The translations under genes and the position numbers were made by a program. The notes beneath the pieces were generated by a model. The model ran no database searches. It saw only the letters and a list, made by a program, of their open reading frames with translations, and had not been told where the DNA came from. A stretch of 32,000 bases of DNA from Candidatus Heimdallarchaeota archaeon B3_Heim (GTDB lineage: Archaea > Asgardarchaeota > Heimdallarchaeia > Hodarchaeales > Hodarchaeaceae): assembly GCA_003144275.1 (NCBI GenBank), contig NJBF01000001.1, positions 30,001 through 62,000 of the forward strand. Reading direction: 5' to 3'. Shown here piece by piece: positions 17,788-27,383 of this stretch (position 1 is the stretch's first letter; every line of letters starts with the position of its first letter).

Positions 17788-18333
17788 ATGTATTATTTGA
17801 CTCAAATCCGTGAAACTATTCGAATTCCCCCCAATAGATTTGGACAACCTCTAGAGGAGGTAATTCTGGATATCTCAAGAACGAAGAATGAAACTACAAT
17901 TGGAGGAGATGTGGGAATGATTGTCGCGATTTTGTCGGTAAATGAGATTTCACCTGGTAGGATTGTACCTGGTGATGGAGCAACTTTTCACGATGTAGAA
18001 TATCAGGCGATTTCTTTTCGTCCTTTAGACGATGAAGTAACTGAAGGTGAAGTAGTTGAAACAACTAAATTTGGATTCTTCATGCGAATAGGGTGTACTG
18101 ATGCTTTAGCACATATCAGTCAAATCGCTGATGAATATTTTCAAATGTCATCCCGTTCTTCAGGTGTTTTAGTAGGAAGAGAATCAGGTAGAACTATCAG
18201 GCCTGGAGATTTGGTCCGAGGGAAAATTATTACTGCTACTGTAGACCATGTAAGTATGAAGATCGCAGTAACCATGAAAGGCGAGGGTTTAGGTTTGAAA
18301 ACCTGGATTGACGAAAAAAAAGAGGCGGTTTAA
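17788..18333 (+). CDS. rpoE1: DNA-directed RNA polymerase subunit E' (Rpo7)
   Basis: IRIPPNRFG, IVPGDGATF, GEVVETTKFGFF, LAHISQI, IAVTMKGEGLG. Confidence 0.96.
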   Translation: MYYLTQIRETIRIPPNRFGQPLEEVILDISRTKNETTIGGDVGMIVAILSVNEISPGRIVPGDGATFHDVEYQAISFRPLDDEVTEGEVVETTKFGFFMRIGCTDALAHISQIADEYFQMSSRSSGVLVGRESGRTIRPGDLVRGKIITATVDHVSMKIAVTMKGEGLGLKTWIDEKKEAV

Positions 18334-18528
18334 TTGGTAAAAATCAAAGCTTGTAAGAAATGTAATAGCATAGTTCATGGAGAGGAAGTTTGTCCAATTT
18401 GTAAAACGCATAATCATTTATCAAAAAGCTTCGTAGGTATGGTCATTATCCGATCACCCCAAGGTAGTAAGATCGCGCGAAGATTGAATATAAATCGTCC
18501 TGGAAAATATGCAATTAAAGTTCGTTGA
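18334..18528 (+). CDS. spt4: Transcription elongation factor Spt4 (RpoE'')
   Basis: KACKKC...CPIC...GMVII...SKIARRLNINRPGKYAIKVR; TTG start directly after rpoE1. Confidence 0.95.
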   Translation: MVKIKACKKCNSIVHGEEVCPICKTHNHLSKSFVGMVIIRSPQGSKIARRLNINRPGKYAIKVR

Positions 18529-19121
18529 GGGAACTTATTGTGGGATATAAACTCCCAGTTACACTTCGAAAATCATTTCGAGCCCCCATTGGAGAATTAT
18601 TCATTGGAGATCATTCTATATCTGCTAAAAATGCAATAGAATATATAAAAAAGATCAATAGGGGACTTACTATTGCTATTGGGGATGTCTGTGCAAAATC
18701 TCTCCTTAACCAAGGGTTCCATCCCAATATCATTGTTTTTGATGAAAAAACACAACGTACTAAGAAAATTTCACTTGATCTTAAACACTATTCACTAAAA
18801 GATGTATACAATCCAAAAGAATGGATCTTGGAAAGCGCAATTCATGAAATAAAAAATGCAATAGCTTTTTGTACTTCCAACAAATGCCGCATAGCAGTTA
18901 GGATTGACGGTGAAGAGGATCTATTAATCATCCCAGCGATAATTTCTCTACCTCTTGGAAGTGTAGTGATTTATGGACAACCTCCTGTTACCACTGAAGA
19001 AGGCATTGTGGTAGCGTTAATAACTTCTTCCCTGAAGAACATAATCCAAGATATATTGAGAAAATTCGAATTTCATGAGGAATACATAGATGGAAATCAC
19101 CATTACAGAAGAAAAACATAA
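18525..19121 (+). CDS. GTP-dependent dephospho-CoA kinase (DUF359)
   Basis: FRAPIGEL, IGDVC, IVFDEKTQR, IDGEEDLLIIP, VIYGQP; conserved position after spt4. Confidence 0.92.
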   Translation: MRELIVGYKLPVTLRKSFRAPIGELFIGDHSISAKNAIEYIKKINRGLTIAIGDVCAKSLLNQGFHPNIIVFDEKTQRTKKISLDLKHYSLKDVYNPKEWILESAIHEIKNAIAFCTSNKCRIAVRIDGEEDLLIIPAIISLPLGSVVIYGQPPVTTEEGIVVALITSSLKNIIQDILRKFEFHEEYIDGNHHYRRKT

Positions 19122-19392
19122 TCCCCTCATTGGCCGAAATGAAATTAAGGCACTAATTACTCATCTTGGTGAGATCACACCAACCAGAGAGGCAGTACGT
19201 TCCAAAATTGCAGCACAATTAAACTTTGATCTCGATCGTGTGGTAATTCAGAATATAATTGGTCATTTTGGTGAACCAAAATCTCAACTAATTGCTCATT
19301 GTTATGATAATTCTGATGATGTTTATGTTTTCGAACCTAAATTCCGTCTTAAGAGAAATAAAATCATCTCAAATGATCAAAAAGAGGGTTAA
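19090..19392 (+). CDS. rps24e: 30S ribosomal protein S24e
   Basis: HNPLIGRNE, TPTREAVR, GHFG, FEPKFRLKRN; conserved gene order. Confidence 0.93.
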   Translation: MEITITEEKHNPLIGRNEIKALITHLGEITPTREAVRSKIAAQLNFDLDRVVIQNIIGHFGEPKSQLIAHCYDNSDDVYVFEPKFRLKRNKIISNDQKEG

Positions 19393-19396
19393 CTAA

Positions 19397-19558
19397 ATGC
19401 CAGTTCGTAGAAATCCAGTCCAATCATATTACAAAGTTGATTATAAGAAAGGTACAATTAAGAGAACCAACAAGTTTTGCCCAAGATGCAAGGGATCTTT
19501 TTTGGCTAAACATAAGAATAGAGCATCTTGTGGACTGTGTGGTTATACAGAATTTTAA
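19397..19558 (+). CDS. rps27ae: 30S ribosomal protein S27ae
   Basis: Not in ORF track (53 aa): [53 protein letters not shown]; C4 zinc ribbon; GAGG RBS; no ubiquitin fusion. Confidence 0.96.
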   Translation: MPVRRNPVQSYYKVDYKKGTIKRTNKFCPRCKGSFLAKHKNRASCGLCGYTEF

Positions 19559-19579
19559 TCTTTAGATCATGAAGCTAGT

Positions 19580-20572
19580 ATGGCATCTACTGAACCCATC
19601 ATTTTAGGGCTTGAAGGGACAGCTCATACAGCTGGGGTAGCTGTGATTCAAGGAACTCAAATCCTTGCAAATGAATCCGCAACATATTTTCCACCTCAAG
19701 GTGGAATTCATCCACGAGAAGCTGCTACCTACCTTGCTAAGCAATTTCCCATCCTTCTTAAAAAAATATTTCAAAAATTACAATTCAAACCTGATAAAAT
19801 TGATGGAATTGCATTTTCTCAGGGTCCTGGCTTAGGTCCATGTCTTAGAACTACAGCTACTGTTGCTAGAGCAATTTCCTTAAAACTCAATAAACCACTT
19901 TTAGGAGTAAATCATTGCATTGCTCATGTGGAATTAGGAAGAACCATTACTCCAGCAAACGATCCGCTTGTTCTCTATGTAAGTGGAGGAAACACGCAAC
20001 TAATTACTTTCTTAAATGGGAGATATCGTGTCTTAGGAGAAACTCTAGACATTGCTATTGGAAATGCATTAGATTCATTGGGAAGAGAAATGAATTTACC
20101 CCATCCTGGGGGTCCCCACATTGAGAAACAAGCTCAACAAGGGAAGAATCTTCTATTACTCCCTTATACGATAAAGGGAATGTCGTTCTCCTTCTCAGGT
20201 ATGGTAACTGCAGCAAAGAAATTGATTGCCAATCACTCAACTTCTGACATCTGTTACTCCTTTCAGGAGTATACATTTGCTATACTGGCCGAAGCAACGG
20301 AAAGAGCCCTTTCTTGTACAAAGAAAGGTTCAGTATTATTGACAGGAGGAGTTGCTGCTAATGTCCATTTGCAAAACATCATAAAACTAGTTGCGAAAGA
20401 GCAAGAATCCTTATTTTATGTCGTACCAAGAAATTTAGCAGGAGACAATGGGGTTATGATTGCATTCGCAGGTACTCATCTATTAAAGACAGGAGAAATT
20501 ATCCCTATCAAGAAAAGTCAAGTTAAACCTCGTTGGAGAACTGATCAAGTTCAAGTAGGATGGATCTCATGA
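19580..20572 (+). CDS. kae1: KEOPS tRNA N6-threonylcarbamoyltransferase Kae1
   Basis: LEGTAHT, GGIHPREAA, GPGLGPCL, NHCIAH, LYVSGGNTQ, GGVAAN, DNGVMIA. Confidence 0.97.
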   Translation: MASTEPIILGLEGTAHTAGVAVIQGTQILANESATYFPPQGGIHPREAATYLAKQFPILLKKIFQKLQFKPDKIDGIAFSQGPGLGPCLRTTATVARAISLKLNKPLLGVNHCIAHVELGRTITPANDPLVLYVSGGNTQLITFLNGRYRVLGETLDIAIGNALDSLGREMNLPHPGGPHIEKQAQQGKNLLLLPYTIKGMSFSFSGMVTAAKKLIANHSTSDICYSFQEYTFAILAEATERALSCTKKGSVLLTGGVAANVHLQNIIKLVAKEQESLFYVVPRNLAGDNGVMIAFAGTHLLKTGEIIPIKKSQVKPRWRTDQVQVGWIS

Positions 20573-21222
20573 AATTAATACAAGCAGAAAAGATTGCGAA
20601 AGGTGCAGAAGCAGTTATATTTAAGGGAACATTTCTTCAAAGTCCTATTGCTATCAAACATCGCTTACCAAAATCTTATCGCCATCCAGATATTGATAAT
20701 CGTATAAGACTTCACAGGTTAAGATCAGAAGCGAAAGTTATGACTAACGCGCGAAAAATTGGAGTTAGTGTACCTAGTTTATTCGGGGTCGATATTGAGG
20801 ATCATATTCTAATTATTGAATCGCTAAAAGGTAAATTGCTATTCGAGGAGATGAATTCATTACCGATAGACAAACTAGACCCAATTTTCGTCAATCTTGG
20901 GCACCAAATTGGCCTTTTACATAGTAACGATATAATTCATGGTGACTTGACTGTATTTAATGTTCTTATTCAATTAGAAGATAAACCATCTATAATAGAC
21001 TTTGGGCTAGGCAAAATTTCTAATGAATTAGAAGCAAAAGCGGATGATCTGCTTACTTTTTATTCAACTTTAAAAGCAATTCAACCAGCTTCAAATATTC
21101 TCTTCAATACATTTTTAGAAGGGTATCTAAGTGTGTATCCCGAGGGGAAGAACACTTATGAACAAATGAAAAAAATTCGAAGTCGTGCACGATATATCGC
21201 AAGGGAAGATCGCCTTGAATAA
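20560..21222 (+). CDS. bud32: KEOPS kinase/ATPase Bud32
   Basis: KGAEA, KHRLPKSYRHP, IIHGDLT, IDFGLG, RSRARY; directly after kae1. Confidence 0.95.
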   Translation: MDLMKLIQAEKIAKGAEAVIFKGTFLQSPIAIKHRLPKSYRHPDIDNRIRLHRLRSEAKVMTNARKIGVSVPSLFGVDIEDHILIIESLKGKLLFEEMNSLPIDKLDPIFVNLGHQIGLLHSNDIIHGDLTVFNVLIQLEDKPSIIDFGLGKISNELEAKADDLLTFYSTLKAIQPASNILFNTFLEGYLSVYPEGKNTYEQMKKIRSRARYIAREDRLE

Positions 21223-21246
21223 TCATATAAAATTGGTGGAAAACGG

Positions 21247-22002
21247 ATGAAATTCAAGATTTTTCATGAAGATCAAAAAATATTAAATCAATGTGAGAGA
21301 TTTATAGCGGGATGGCATGGATTAGGGGAAATAGGATATATTACTGTTTCTCATATAATTGAAAATCTCAAGTTAAAACGAATAGCCACTATCATGTCAA
21401 GTGGAGCTCCTCCATTTATTTCTGTTCAAAACAGTCAATTGAGGCTTCCTTTCGAAATATATGGAAAAGAAGAATACGATTTTGCAATTTTCATTCCTCA
21501 TCTACAGCCGTATCGTCATGTACAAATTGAATTTTCTGAAAAAATGTCTGAATGGATCCTAAAACAAAAAAATTTGTCTGAAGCATATTTCATAGGCGGG
21601 GTGGATGCTCGTTTAAAATCATCAGAGAACGAAATTCAATATATTCCGACAAGAGCTTTTTTAAATTCATCAAAGCTAAATTCAAATTTCATTGAAGAAG
21701 TACAGACGAATTTACTTGATCCAGGGCTATTTGTTGCAGGACCTCTAGCTATTATGCTCGGATATCTTGACATGAGTATGTTTCCTGCAGTAGGACTTTT
21801 GGCCTATGCACAGAGAGAGCGCCCCGATCCATTAGGTGCTGTTGCTACAATTAAGAAACTTAATTATATTTTAAACATTGACATTGATACAAATGAATTA
21901 GTGCAAAATGCTCAAACAATAGAAGAGGAAATTAAACGACAATTAGCCCCTATCGAAGAAAACGAACCTGACAAACTTGCTACAAAACGGATGTATACCT
22001 AG
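21247..22002 (+). CDS. PAC2 family proteasome assembly chaperone
   Basis: AGWHGLGEIGYIT, RLPFEIY, FIGG, GPLAIML, RPDPLGA, IDTNELVQNA. Confidence 0.88.
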   Translation: MKFKIFHEDQKILNQCERFIAGWHGLGEIGYITVSHIIENLKLKRIATIMSSGAPPFISVQNSQLRLPFEIYGKEEYDFAIFIPHLQPYRHVQIEFSEKMSEWILKQKNLSEAYFIGGVDARLKSSENEIQYIPTRAFLNSSKLNSNFIEEVQTNLLDPGLFVAGPLAIMLGYLDMSMFPAVGLLAYAQRERPDPLGAVATIKKLNYILNIDIDTNELVQNAQTIEEEIKRQLAPIEENEPDKLATKRMYT

Positions 22003-22021
22003 AATATCTCAATTTGAGCAA

Positions 22022-22813
22022 TTAACGTCCGTGACGTCGTTTTCGAGATTGATAAGTACGAATAGCTCGCCATAAGTCGATTTTTCTAAACCCTGGAAAA
22101 TACACATCTGCAAAATAAAGCTCACTATATACAGATTGCCAAGTTAGAAAGCCTGACAAACGTTCTTCACCTGATGTTCGAATAATAAGGTCAGGGTCAG
22201 GTATCCCATTGGTGTATAGATGTCGTTCAACTACTAATTCATTAATATCTTCTATGGCCATTTCATTTTTAGCTATTTTTTCTGCTATGGATTTCATTGC
22301 ATCGATCATCTCTGCTCGACCCCCATAACCAATAGCAATGATAAGTGTTGGACCAGGTTTATCGGTTTGAGAACTTTTTTCTGCCCTTTCTATTGCTTGT
22401 TGAACATTCGTCGGTAATGAATGGGTTCGTCCAATAACTTTAATTCTCACATTCCTTTTCTTGAACTCAGGATGATCAATAAGTTCCTTAAAGGTGGATT
22501 CAAATAGATCCATTAACTCATTAACTTCATCCTCTGACCTCTCGAAATTTTCTGTTGAAAAGGCATAGAGAGTGACATATTGAATTTCTAGATCCCAAAA
22601 CCACTCTAAAATTTGTTTGAGCTTGTCACGTCCAAGGCGGTGACCAAAAGTACTCGGGAGCCGTTTCGCACGCGCATAACGCCGATTCCCATCCATGATT
22701 AAAGCAACATGTGTAGGGTGAATGCCTTCTTCAATGCCGCCTTTAATTTGATTCCACAATCTACGTTCATAGAGCTTATATAAAAGTGAATCAAATCGTA
22801 AATTAACTTTCAA
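22022..22813 (-). CDS. uppS: Cis-prenyltransferase (polyprenyl diphosphate synthase)
   Basis: HVALIMDGNRRYA, YAFSTENFER, YGGRAE, PDLIIRTSGEERLSGF, RRHGR. Confidence 0.96.
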   Translation of the reverse strand: MKVNLRFDSLLYKLYERRLWNQIKGGIEEGIHPTHVALIMDGNRRYARAKRLPSTFGHRLGRDKLKQILEWFWDLEIQYVTLYAFSTENFERSEDEVNELMDLFESTFKELIDHPEFKKRNVRIKVIGRTHSLPTNVQQAIERAEKSSQTDKPGPTLIIAIGYGGRAEMIDAMKSIAEKIAKNEMAIEDINELVVERHLYTNGIPDPDLIIRTSGEERLSGFLTWQSVYSELYFADVYFPGFRKIDLWRAIRTYQSRKRRHGR

Positions 22814-22976
22814 AATTAAAATCCAGCTATTTAATGTATGAGGATTTCATTTCTTAAAACATTCATTCAATAATATATATTTCTTGGATCCAAAGTTCCG
22901 CAAGTTTATCAATGGATCCAGTTTCTTTCATTTTTGATATTTGAAAAATTAAGTAATCAAAAGAGAACATCATAAA

Positions 22977-23064
22977 TGGTGCGGGGGGTGAGATTTGAAC
23001 TCACGAACGCCTACACGACTAGGACCTCAACCTAGCTCCTTTGACCTGGCTGGGAAACCCCCGC
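22977..23064 (-). tRNA. tRNA-Leu(GAG), intronless, CCA encoded
   Basis: Reverse complement GCGGGGGTTTCCCAGCCAGGTCAAAGGAG-CTAGG-TTGAGGT-CCTAG-TCGTGTAGGCGTTCGTGAGTTCAAATCTCACCCCCCGCACCA: acceptor stem, anticodon GAG, long variable arm, TTCAAAT T-loop. Confidence 0.96.
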
Positions 23065-23076
23065 GTGTTTGCTATA

Positions 23077-23442
23077 TTACCGTACAATGATCATATACTC
23101 TTTAAAGGGTAATTTGAATTCTGGCAGAACTTTTCCCGAGAATAAACGAAATGTTAGCCCACCAGAGGAAAAGGAATAGATCTTTTCTTTTCCAACTGGC
23201 TTTGTCCTATAGCTAGTGGCATTTAAAGCTACTTTAGCATCTTTAAATGATGGTTTCTTTTTCTTAGCTGCGGAAATAACTTCGATCTGGAGATTCTTTG
23301 CATCGTGTAAATCGGCTATTTTTGAAGGAATTTCAATTTTTCCTCTGAGACCCAACTTCTCATCTCTAAAATCTATTAGCCACAGATTATTATCTAAATC
23401 TTCCTCTAGCTGAAATACTTCCGCATTTATTATCATGTTCAT
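23077..23442 (-). CDS. rpoG: RNA polymerase subunit Rpo8/RpoG (Rpb8-like)
   Basis: C-terminal YSFSSGGLTFRL resembles the Rpb8 motif SYGGLLMRL; OB-fold size; follows an SmAP3-type lsm gene as in Crenarchaeota. Confidence 0.78.
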   Translation of the reverse strand: MNMIINAEVFQLEEDLDNNLWLIDFRDEKLGLRGKIEIPSKIADLHDAKNLQIEVISAAKKKKPSFKDAKVALNATSYRTKPVGKEKIYSFSSGGLTFRLFSGKVLPEFKLPFKEYMIIVR

Positions 23443-23444
23443 TC

Positions 23445-23888
23445 CTACTCTTCTGAAGCTTGATCGCTTGCATATCGGTTAAAAATTGCCCGAACTCGGT
23501 CTGCAACTGGTCCTGTTCCTTCAACACCTGTTTCAGAAACTTTCACTCTTTCAAGAACTACTATTAATCCGGCTTCATCATAGACTTTCACGTCCCCAGG
23601 ACGACGAAAGATCTGTTCCAGTTCATCTTTCAACCCTGAAAGATCAAATGGGGCTTCTTCTAAATAAATCTCTGCTATTTGGTCACCATTTAAGCAAATA
23701 CGATGAATTTCGTTACTATCATCATCACGCTTGGCTTTTATTAGTACACAGGTTAGAGTTTCTGGTGATAATCCCTTAAGTTCTCCAACGAATTTTTTCC
23801 CATTCTTGAGAATAACTGCTACTCTTTTGTTGTTAAATGCAGTGATTTCTTTTTGAAAAGTTCTTTTGGCTTGACCGACCATGGACAT
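23445..23888 (-). CDS. Lsm family RNA-binding protein, SmAP3 type
   Basis: NKRVAVILKNGKKFVGELKGL Sm fold, LNGDQIAEI, C-terminal domain VKVYDEAGLIVVLERVKVSETGVEG; AAGGAGG RBS at 23896-23902. Confidence 0.9.
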   Translation of the reverse strand: MSMVGQAKRTFQKEITAFNNKRVAVILKNGKKFVGELKGLSPETLTCVLIKAKRDDDSNEIHRICLNGDQIAEIYLEEAPFDLSGLKDELEQIFRRPGDVKVYDEAGLIVVLERVKVSETGVEGTGPVADRVRAIFNRYASDQASEE

Positions 23889-24142
23889 GTAAAAGCCTCC
23901 TTACAAAACAAGCAGACATCGTTATTAGTAAATCCTTTAGATATTCATCCAAAATTTGCTTTGTAACGGTAATCTGGCTGGTTAAATGTGCAATTATCTT
24001 GTATATATATTTTTTCTGAAGTCCTGTTGAGAATATATGGAGTATAAGAATTCATTTTAAGGAAAACCAACATTTTTAATTGATAAACGCCTTTCTGAGT
24101 CTAAAAAGTAAGTATCAAGATCTTTGCCAACGAACAAGCTAC

Positions 24143-24451
24143 TTACATCTGTTCAACAGTTCTAGCCTCTATAAGAAGGGACCAATCAAGATTTAGTTTG
24201 ATAAGTTTTTCTAATTTCAGATCTAGTTCATCCTTTTGTCCAAAAGCTAAGGCTATATCTCCCGTCTTTATATCTACAAAAGTATCCTCATTGAAAGTAA
24301 ACTTATATTCAGAATTATCATCAGATAGGATTACATAAGCATCTACTTTCTCTTTTACCTTGCAAAAGAATTGAAATTTTGTTGTAGCAGCAATATTGGC
24401 AAGAGACAAAATAGTTATCTCCTCATAGGGTCTAATTGAAGTTCTTTTCAT
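24143..24451 (-). CDS. RPA14/RPA3-like small OB-fold subunit
   Basis: FQFFCKV...VILSDDNS...IKTGDIALAFG...LDWSLLIEARTVE parallels my recollection of the Thermococcales RPA14 layout. Confidence 0.62.
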   Translation of the reverse strand: MKRTSIRPYEEITILSLANIAATTKFQFFCKVKEKVDAYVILSDDNSEYKFTFNEDTFVDIKTGDIALAFGQKDELDLKLEKLIKLNLDWSLLIEARTVEQM

Positions 24452-24627
24452 CGTAATCCTCTCTTGTTAGCTGATTCCAGTTTTATGATTGAAATAATTA
24501 ATATTCCTCATTCCTAACAAATCAATCTTTTGGGGGTCATCCTTTCTTAACTGAAAAAACTCAGCTTCTTTAAAACTTTAGGAGAGTTCTGCTTACACTG
24601 AGCCCAAAATGACTGGAGTTAATTTTA

Positions 24628-24972
24628 ATGGAATTTTGTGAATGTGGAGCCCTTCTTGTCCCTGATAAGAAGACGGATGGAACCATCGTAATGAAATGCA
24701 ATTCATGTGGGAAAACGATAGGTGCTGACTCTAAGTCTAATTCAAAAGCTTTCGAGATTAAACAAACCATAAGACACTCAGATTTAGAAAAAACAGTCAT
24801 TATTGATGATGAAAATGAAGTACAAACTATGCCCACAGCAACTGCAAGCTGTGAAAAATGTGGACATCATGAAGCTGTATACTGGCAGCTTCAAACACGG
24901 AGTGCTGATGAAGCTTCCACTACATTTTATCGGTGTACGAAATGCAAATTTACATGGCGTGATTATGGCTAA
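24628..24972 (+). CDS. tfs: Transcription factor S (TFS/RpoM)
   Basis: Two zinc ribbons; QTRSADEASTTFYRCTKC with the catalytic DE pair. Confidence 0.95.
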   Translation: MEFCECGALLVPDKKTDGTIVMKCNSCGKTIGADSKSNSKAFEIKQTIRHSDLEKTVIIDDENEVQTMPTATASCEKCGHHEAVYWQLQTRSADEASTTFYRCTKCKFTWRDYG

Positions 24973-24987
24973 AAGTAATAAATGAGG

Positions 24988-25668
24988 TTATGCTTTTTTT
25001 ATGATCATAACCGCATGCTTCTTCTCAAAAGCGTCAATAGTTGAACTTTCGAGTACTTGTAACCCAAAATCGTCTTCTAATACTTTCATCTGATTGGAAA
25101 ACACCTCTTCTGGTTCAAGAGAAACATCAATACTTTGAGATTTTATGGCTATAACACCTACTCCCCCTGGCTTCAGGTACTCTTGTGCATTTCTACCAAA
25201 AATTGTTGCTTGCTCAGGCTGGGAAACATCTTGATATATAAGATCGACATCAAAAACATAGGAGGAATACTCTTCTGGCCTTCTAGCATCAGCAAGAATT
25301 GGAATCATATTTGAACGTTCTTCTGCAAGGCGATAAAACTTTCTCATGACTTTTGGAGAGAATTCGACTCCATATATAAACCCGTCATCTAAAATATCAG
25401 AGAAATGAGAAGGAGTTGTGCCTGTAGAGACCCCCAAGTAAAGGATATTTTTTCCTTTCAGTTGTGGAAGAAGTTTCATTCCCGATAAGTAAGCTGCAGC
25501 AAATTTTGATCGAAACGGATCCCAAAGTCTATACTCCTCGTTGTCAACCTTGATTAATCTCTCGCCGTACACAGAAGTCCCAGGAACTTTGTTTTGAGTG
25601 GCGAGACGATTTTTTTGATCAATTTTTAACTGGTACATTCCCCGAATCATTGTTTCTTTTACTTGCAT
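24988..25668 (-). CDS. flpA: Fibrillarin rRNA/tRNA 2'-O-methyltransferase
   Basis: VYGERL, WDPFRSK, LYLGVSTGTTPSH, YGVEFS, DARRP, YQDVSQP, IKSQSID. Confidence 0.97.
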   Translation of the reverse strand: MQVKETMIRGMYQLKIDQKNRLATQNKVPGTSVYGERLIKVDNEEYRLWDPFRSKFAAAYLSGMKLLPQLKGKNILYLGVSTGTTPSHFSDILDDGFIYGVEFSPKVMRKFYRLAEERSNMIPILADARRPEEYSSYVFDVDLIYQDVSQPEQATIFGRNAQEYLKPGGVGVIAIKSQSIDVSLEPEEVFSNQMKVLEDDFGLQVLESSTIDAFEKKHAVMIIKKA

Positions 25669-25695
25669 TTTTTCACCTTGAGATTACTATAATTA

Positions 25696-27009
25696 TCAAT
25701 CTTTCTTCGTATACCGTCGTTTTTTATGTTTTGAGTCTTTTCTTGGCCCAGATTTCTTTGATCCTTTTTGATACGGTTTTCCGCGCTTTCCTCTAGGCTT
25801 ATAGTCTTTTTTCTTCTGCTTTCTTGTTCTCTGCTTCTCTGAAGGCTCGGGGAAGGATTCCTTTATCTCGTCTATTCTTTTCTCAAGATCTTTTAATAAC
25901 GTTGGAGCAATAAACTCGCCACTGAAAAAGTCAACTCGTGCAGCAATACTCAATTTTCCCGCTAATGCCCTAGCAATTTTCCCTCTCTGGTGCATTTTTG
26001 CAGAATGAATGAATTGAGATTGAAAGATGACACCATGTTTCGGAGGATCTTCTCCTGATCTTAAATGCCTGAATAATGCTTTTTCTGCACCTAGGACTTG
26101 AATTGTTCCTGAAGATCTTTTTGCTAGATTCTCCAAACTCCCTACAAGGGAGATGAGACGAGCTCCAAGCAAACTTCCTACAAGTAATTGTAAGTTAGGA
26201 GCTACTTCCTTCATGCTTTCTTCAATGTATTTTTCTAAGGTTTCTTTGGTGTTAAGGATTTCCACTCCAAAGGATGCCAAATTGGATATCGGATTCATAT
26301 CATATGTTGAAATTTCAGCACCAAGAGATTTTTCTGCAGCTTCGTGAATTAGTTCTTGTCTTCGTTCAGATAGTGAAACAATTTCATCGGTTGCTATTTC
26401 TGACCGAAGCTTTCCCTGCATTTTTGATACAAGTCTTATGTATTGATTATTATCTCTCACCAATTCCTGTAATTCTGGAAAATGAATCCCATACCATTCC
26501 GATAAGCGAGCAAAAATCAAGTTTAAAATTGAATTAATATCATCAATACTATTAATTGCTTGAGCAAGATATTTATCCCTAGCTTCTACGTTCTCCCGTA
26601 AGAGAGTCTGAGTATGAACAAGAGATTTCTTGCGCATTAAAGAGATAAGATCTGTTGGACTTGCTAGATTTAATTTTTCAACAAGATATGCATTTATATT
26701 AGTTCTAAATGTGGAAAATTCTCCTGTACTTGCAAAACGAACCTGGTCATATCCAATCTCCCGTAAATGGTCAACTATCATTGCATTATCAGAAACAATT
26801 TCTTCTGTTATGTCTGGTAAGGCCTTTCGTATTTCTTCCTCATGCTCGTGAAGAAAAACTTTGAACTGATGAGTTAAAATTGTTTCAATGTTTGTAAACA
26901 TAACGGAATCAAATATCTTTGTCGATTCAGAAGTCATCTCTCCAAAGATAACCCCTGCTGCTGATACTAGTACGCCTTTCAATTTTACACACCCGATTAT
27001 ATAATTCAT
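25696..27009 (-). CDS. nop5: C/D box RNP component Nop5 (Nop56/58)
   Basis: EWYGIHFPEL, APNL, LGARLISLVGSL, TIQVLGAEKALF, PPKHGVIF, RGKIARALA, basic tail; true start may be slightly downstream. Confidence 0.96.
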   Translation of the reverse strand: MNYIIGCVKLKGVLVSAAGVIFGEMTSESTKIFDSVMFTNIETILTHQFKVFLHEHEEEIRKALPDITEEIVSDNAMIVDHLREIGYDQVRFASTGEFSTFRTNINAYLVEKLNLASPTDLISLMRKKSLVHTQTLLRENVEARDKYLAQAINSIDDINSILNLIFARLSEWYGIHFPELQELVRDNNQYIRLVSKMQGKLRSEIATDEIVSLSERRQELIHEAAEKSLGAEISTYDMNPISNLASFGVEILNTKETLEKYIEESMKEVAPNLQLLVGSLLGARLISLVGSLENLAKRSSGTIQVLGAEKALFRHLRSGEDPPKHGVIFQSQFIHSAKMHQRGKIARALAGKLSIAARVDFFSGEFIAPTLLKDLEKRIDEIKESFPEPSEKQRTRKQKKKDYKPRGKRGKPYQKGSKKSGPRKDSKHKKRRYTKKD

Positions 27010-27185
27010 GCAAACCTATTCCCAGATATAATTCTTTCTTTCAAAATCATTAGTTACTGTAAATCAATCTGAGGAGGAAGAACTATCTCTACTCTGTTCT
27101 AATGTAAACTTTGGGTTAGAAGATACTTATTTTATCATGAGTAAAACCTATATTGAAATGCTTAAAGCGAATACTGGAATAGAAA

Positions 27186-27371
27186 ATGATGCGACAAAAA
27201 CCCATAAGTATCAAAATTCCTGATCAAATACTCATTCTCATCGATAACTTCGTACGCCTTGGCCAATATGAATCAAGATCCCATTTTTTGCGTACGGCTA
27301 TTGAGGAGTTGCTTAAACAGGAAAGGGAAACTTGGGATAAATTAGTGGATCAGATTTCACAGAAAGAATAA
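27186..27371 (+). CDS. Ribbon-helix-helix (CopG-like) DNA-binding protein
   Basis: ISIKIP...LIDNFVRLGQYESRSHFLRTAIEELL. Confidence 0.88.
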   Translation: MMRQKPISIKIPDQILILIDNFVRLGQYESRSHFLRTAIEELLKQERETWDKLVDQISQKE

Positions 27372-27383
27372 CTTGGATGAATT

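Noticed and set aside
19580-21222. Kae1/Bud32 split as a frameshifted fusion
   Set aside because: Separate adjacent kae1 and bud32 genes are normal in many archaea; both look complete.
22885-22920. Two copies of TGGATCCA near the tRNA 3' end as an att site
   Set aside because: Short palindrome, not a tRNA-end duplication, no integrase.
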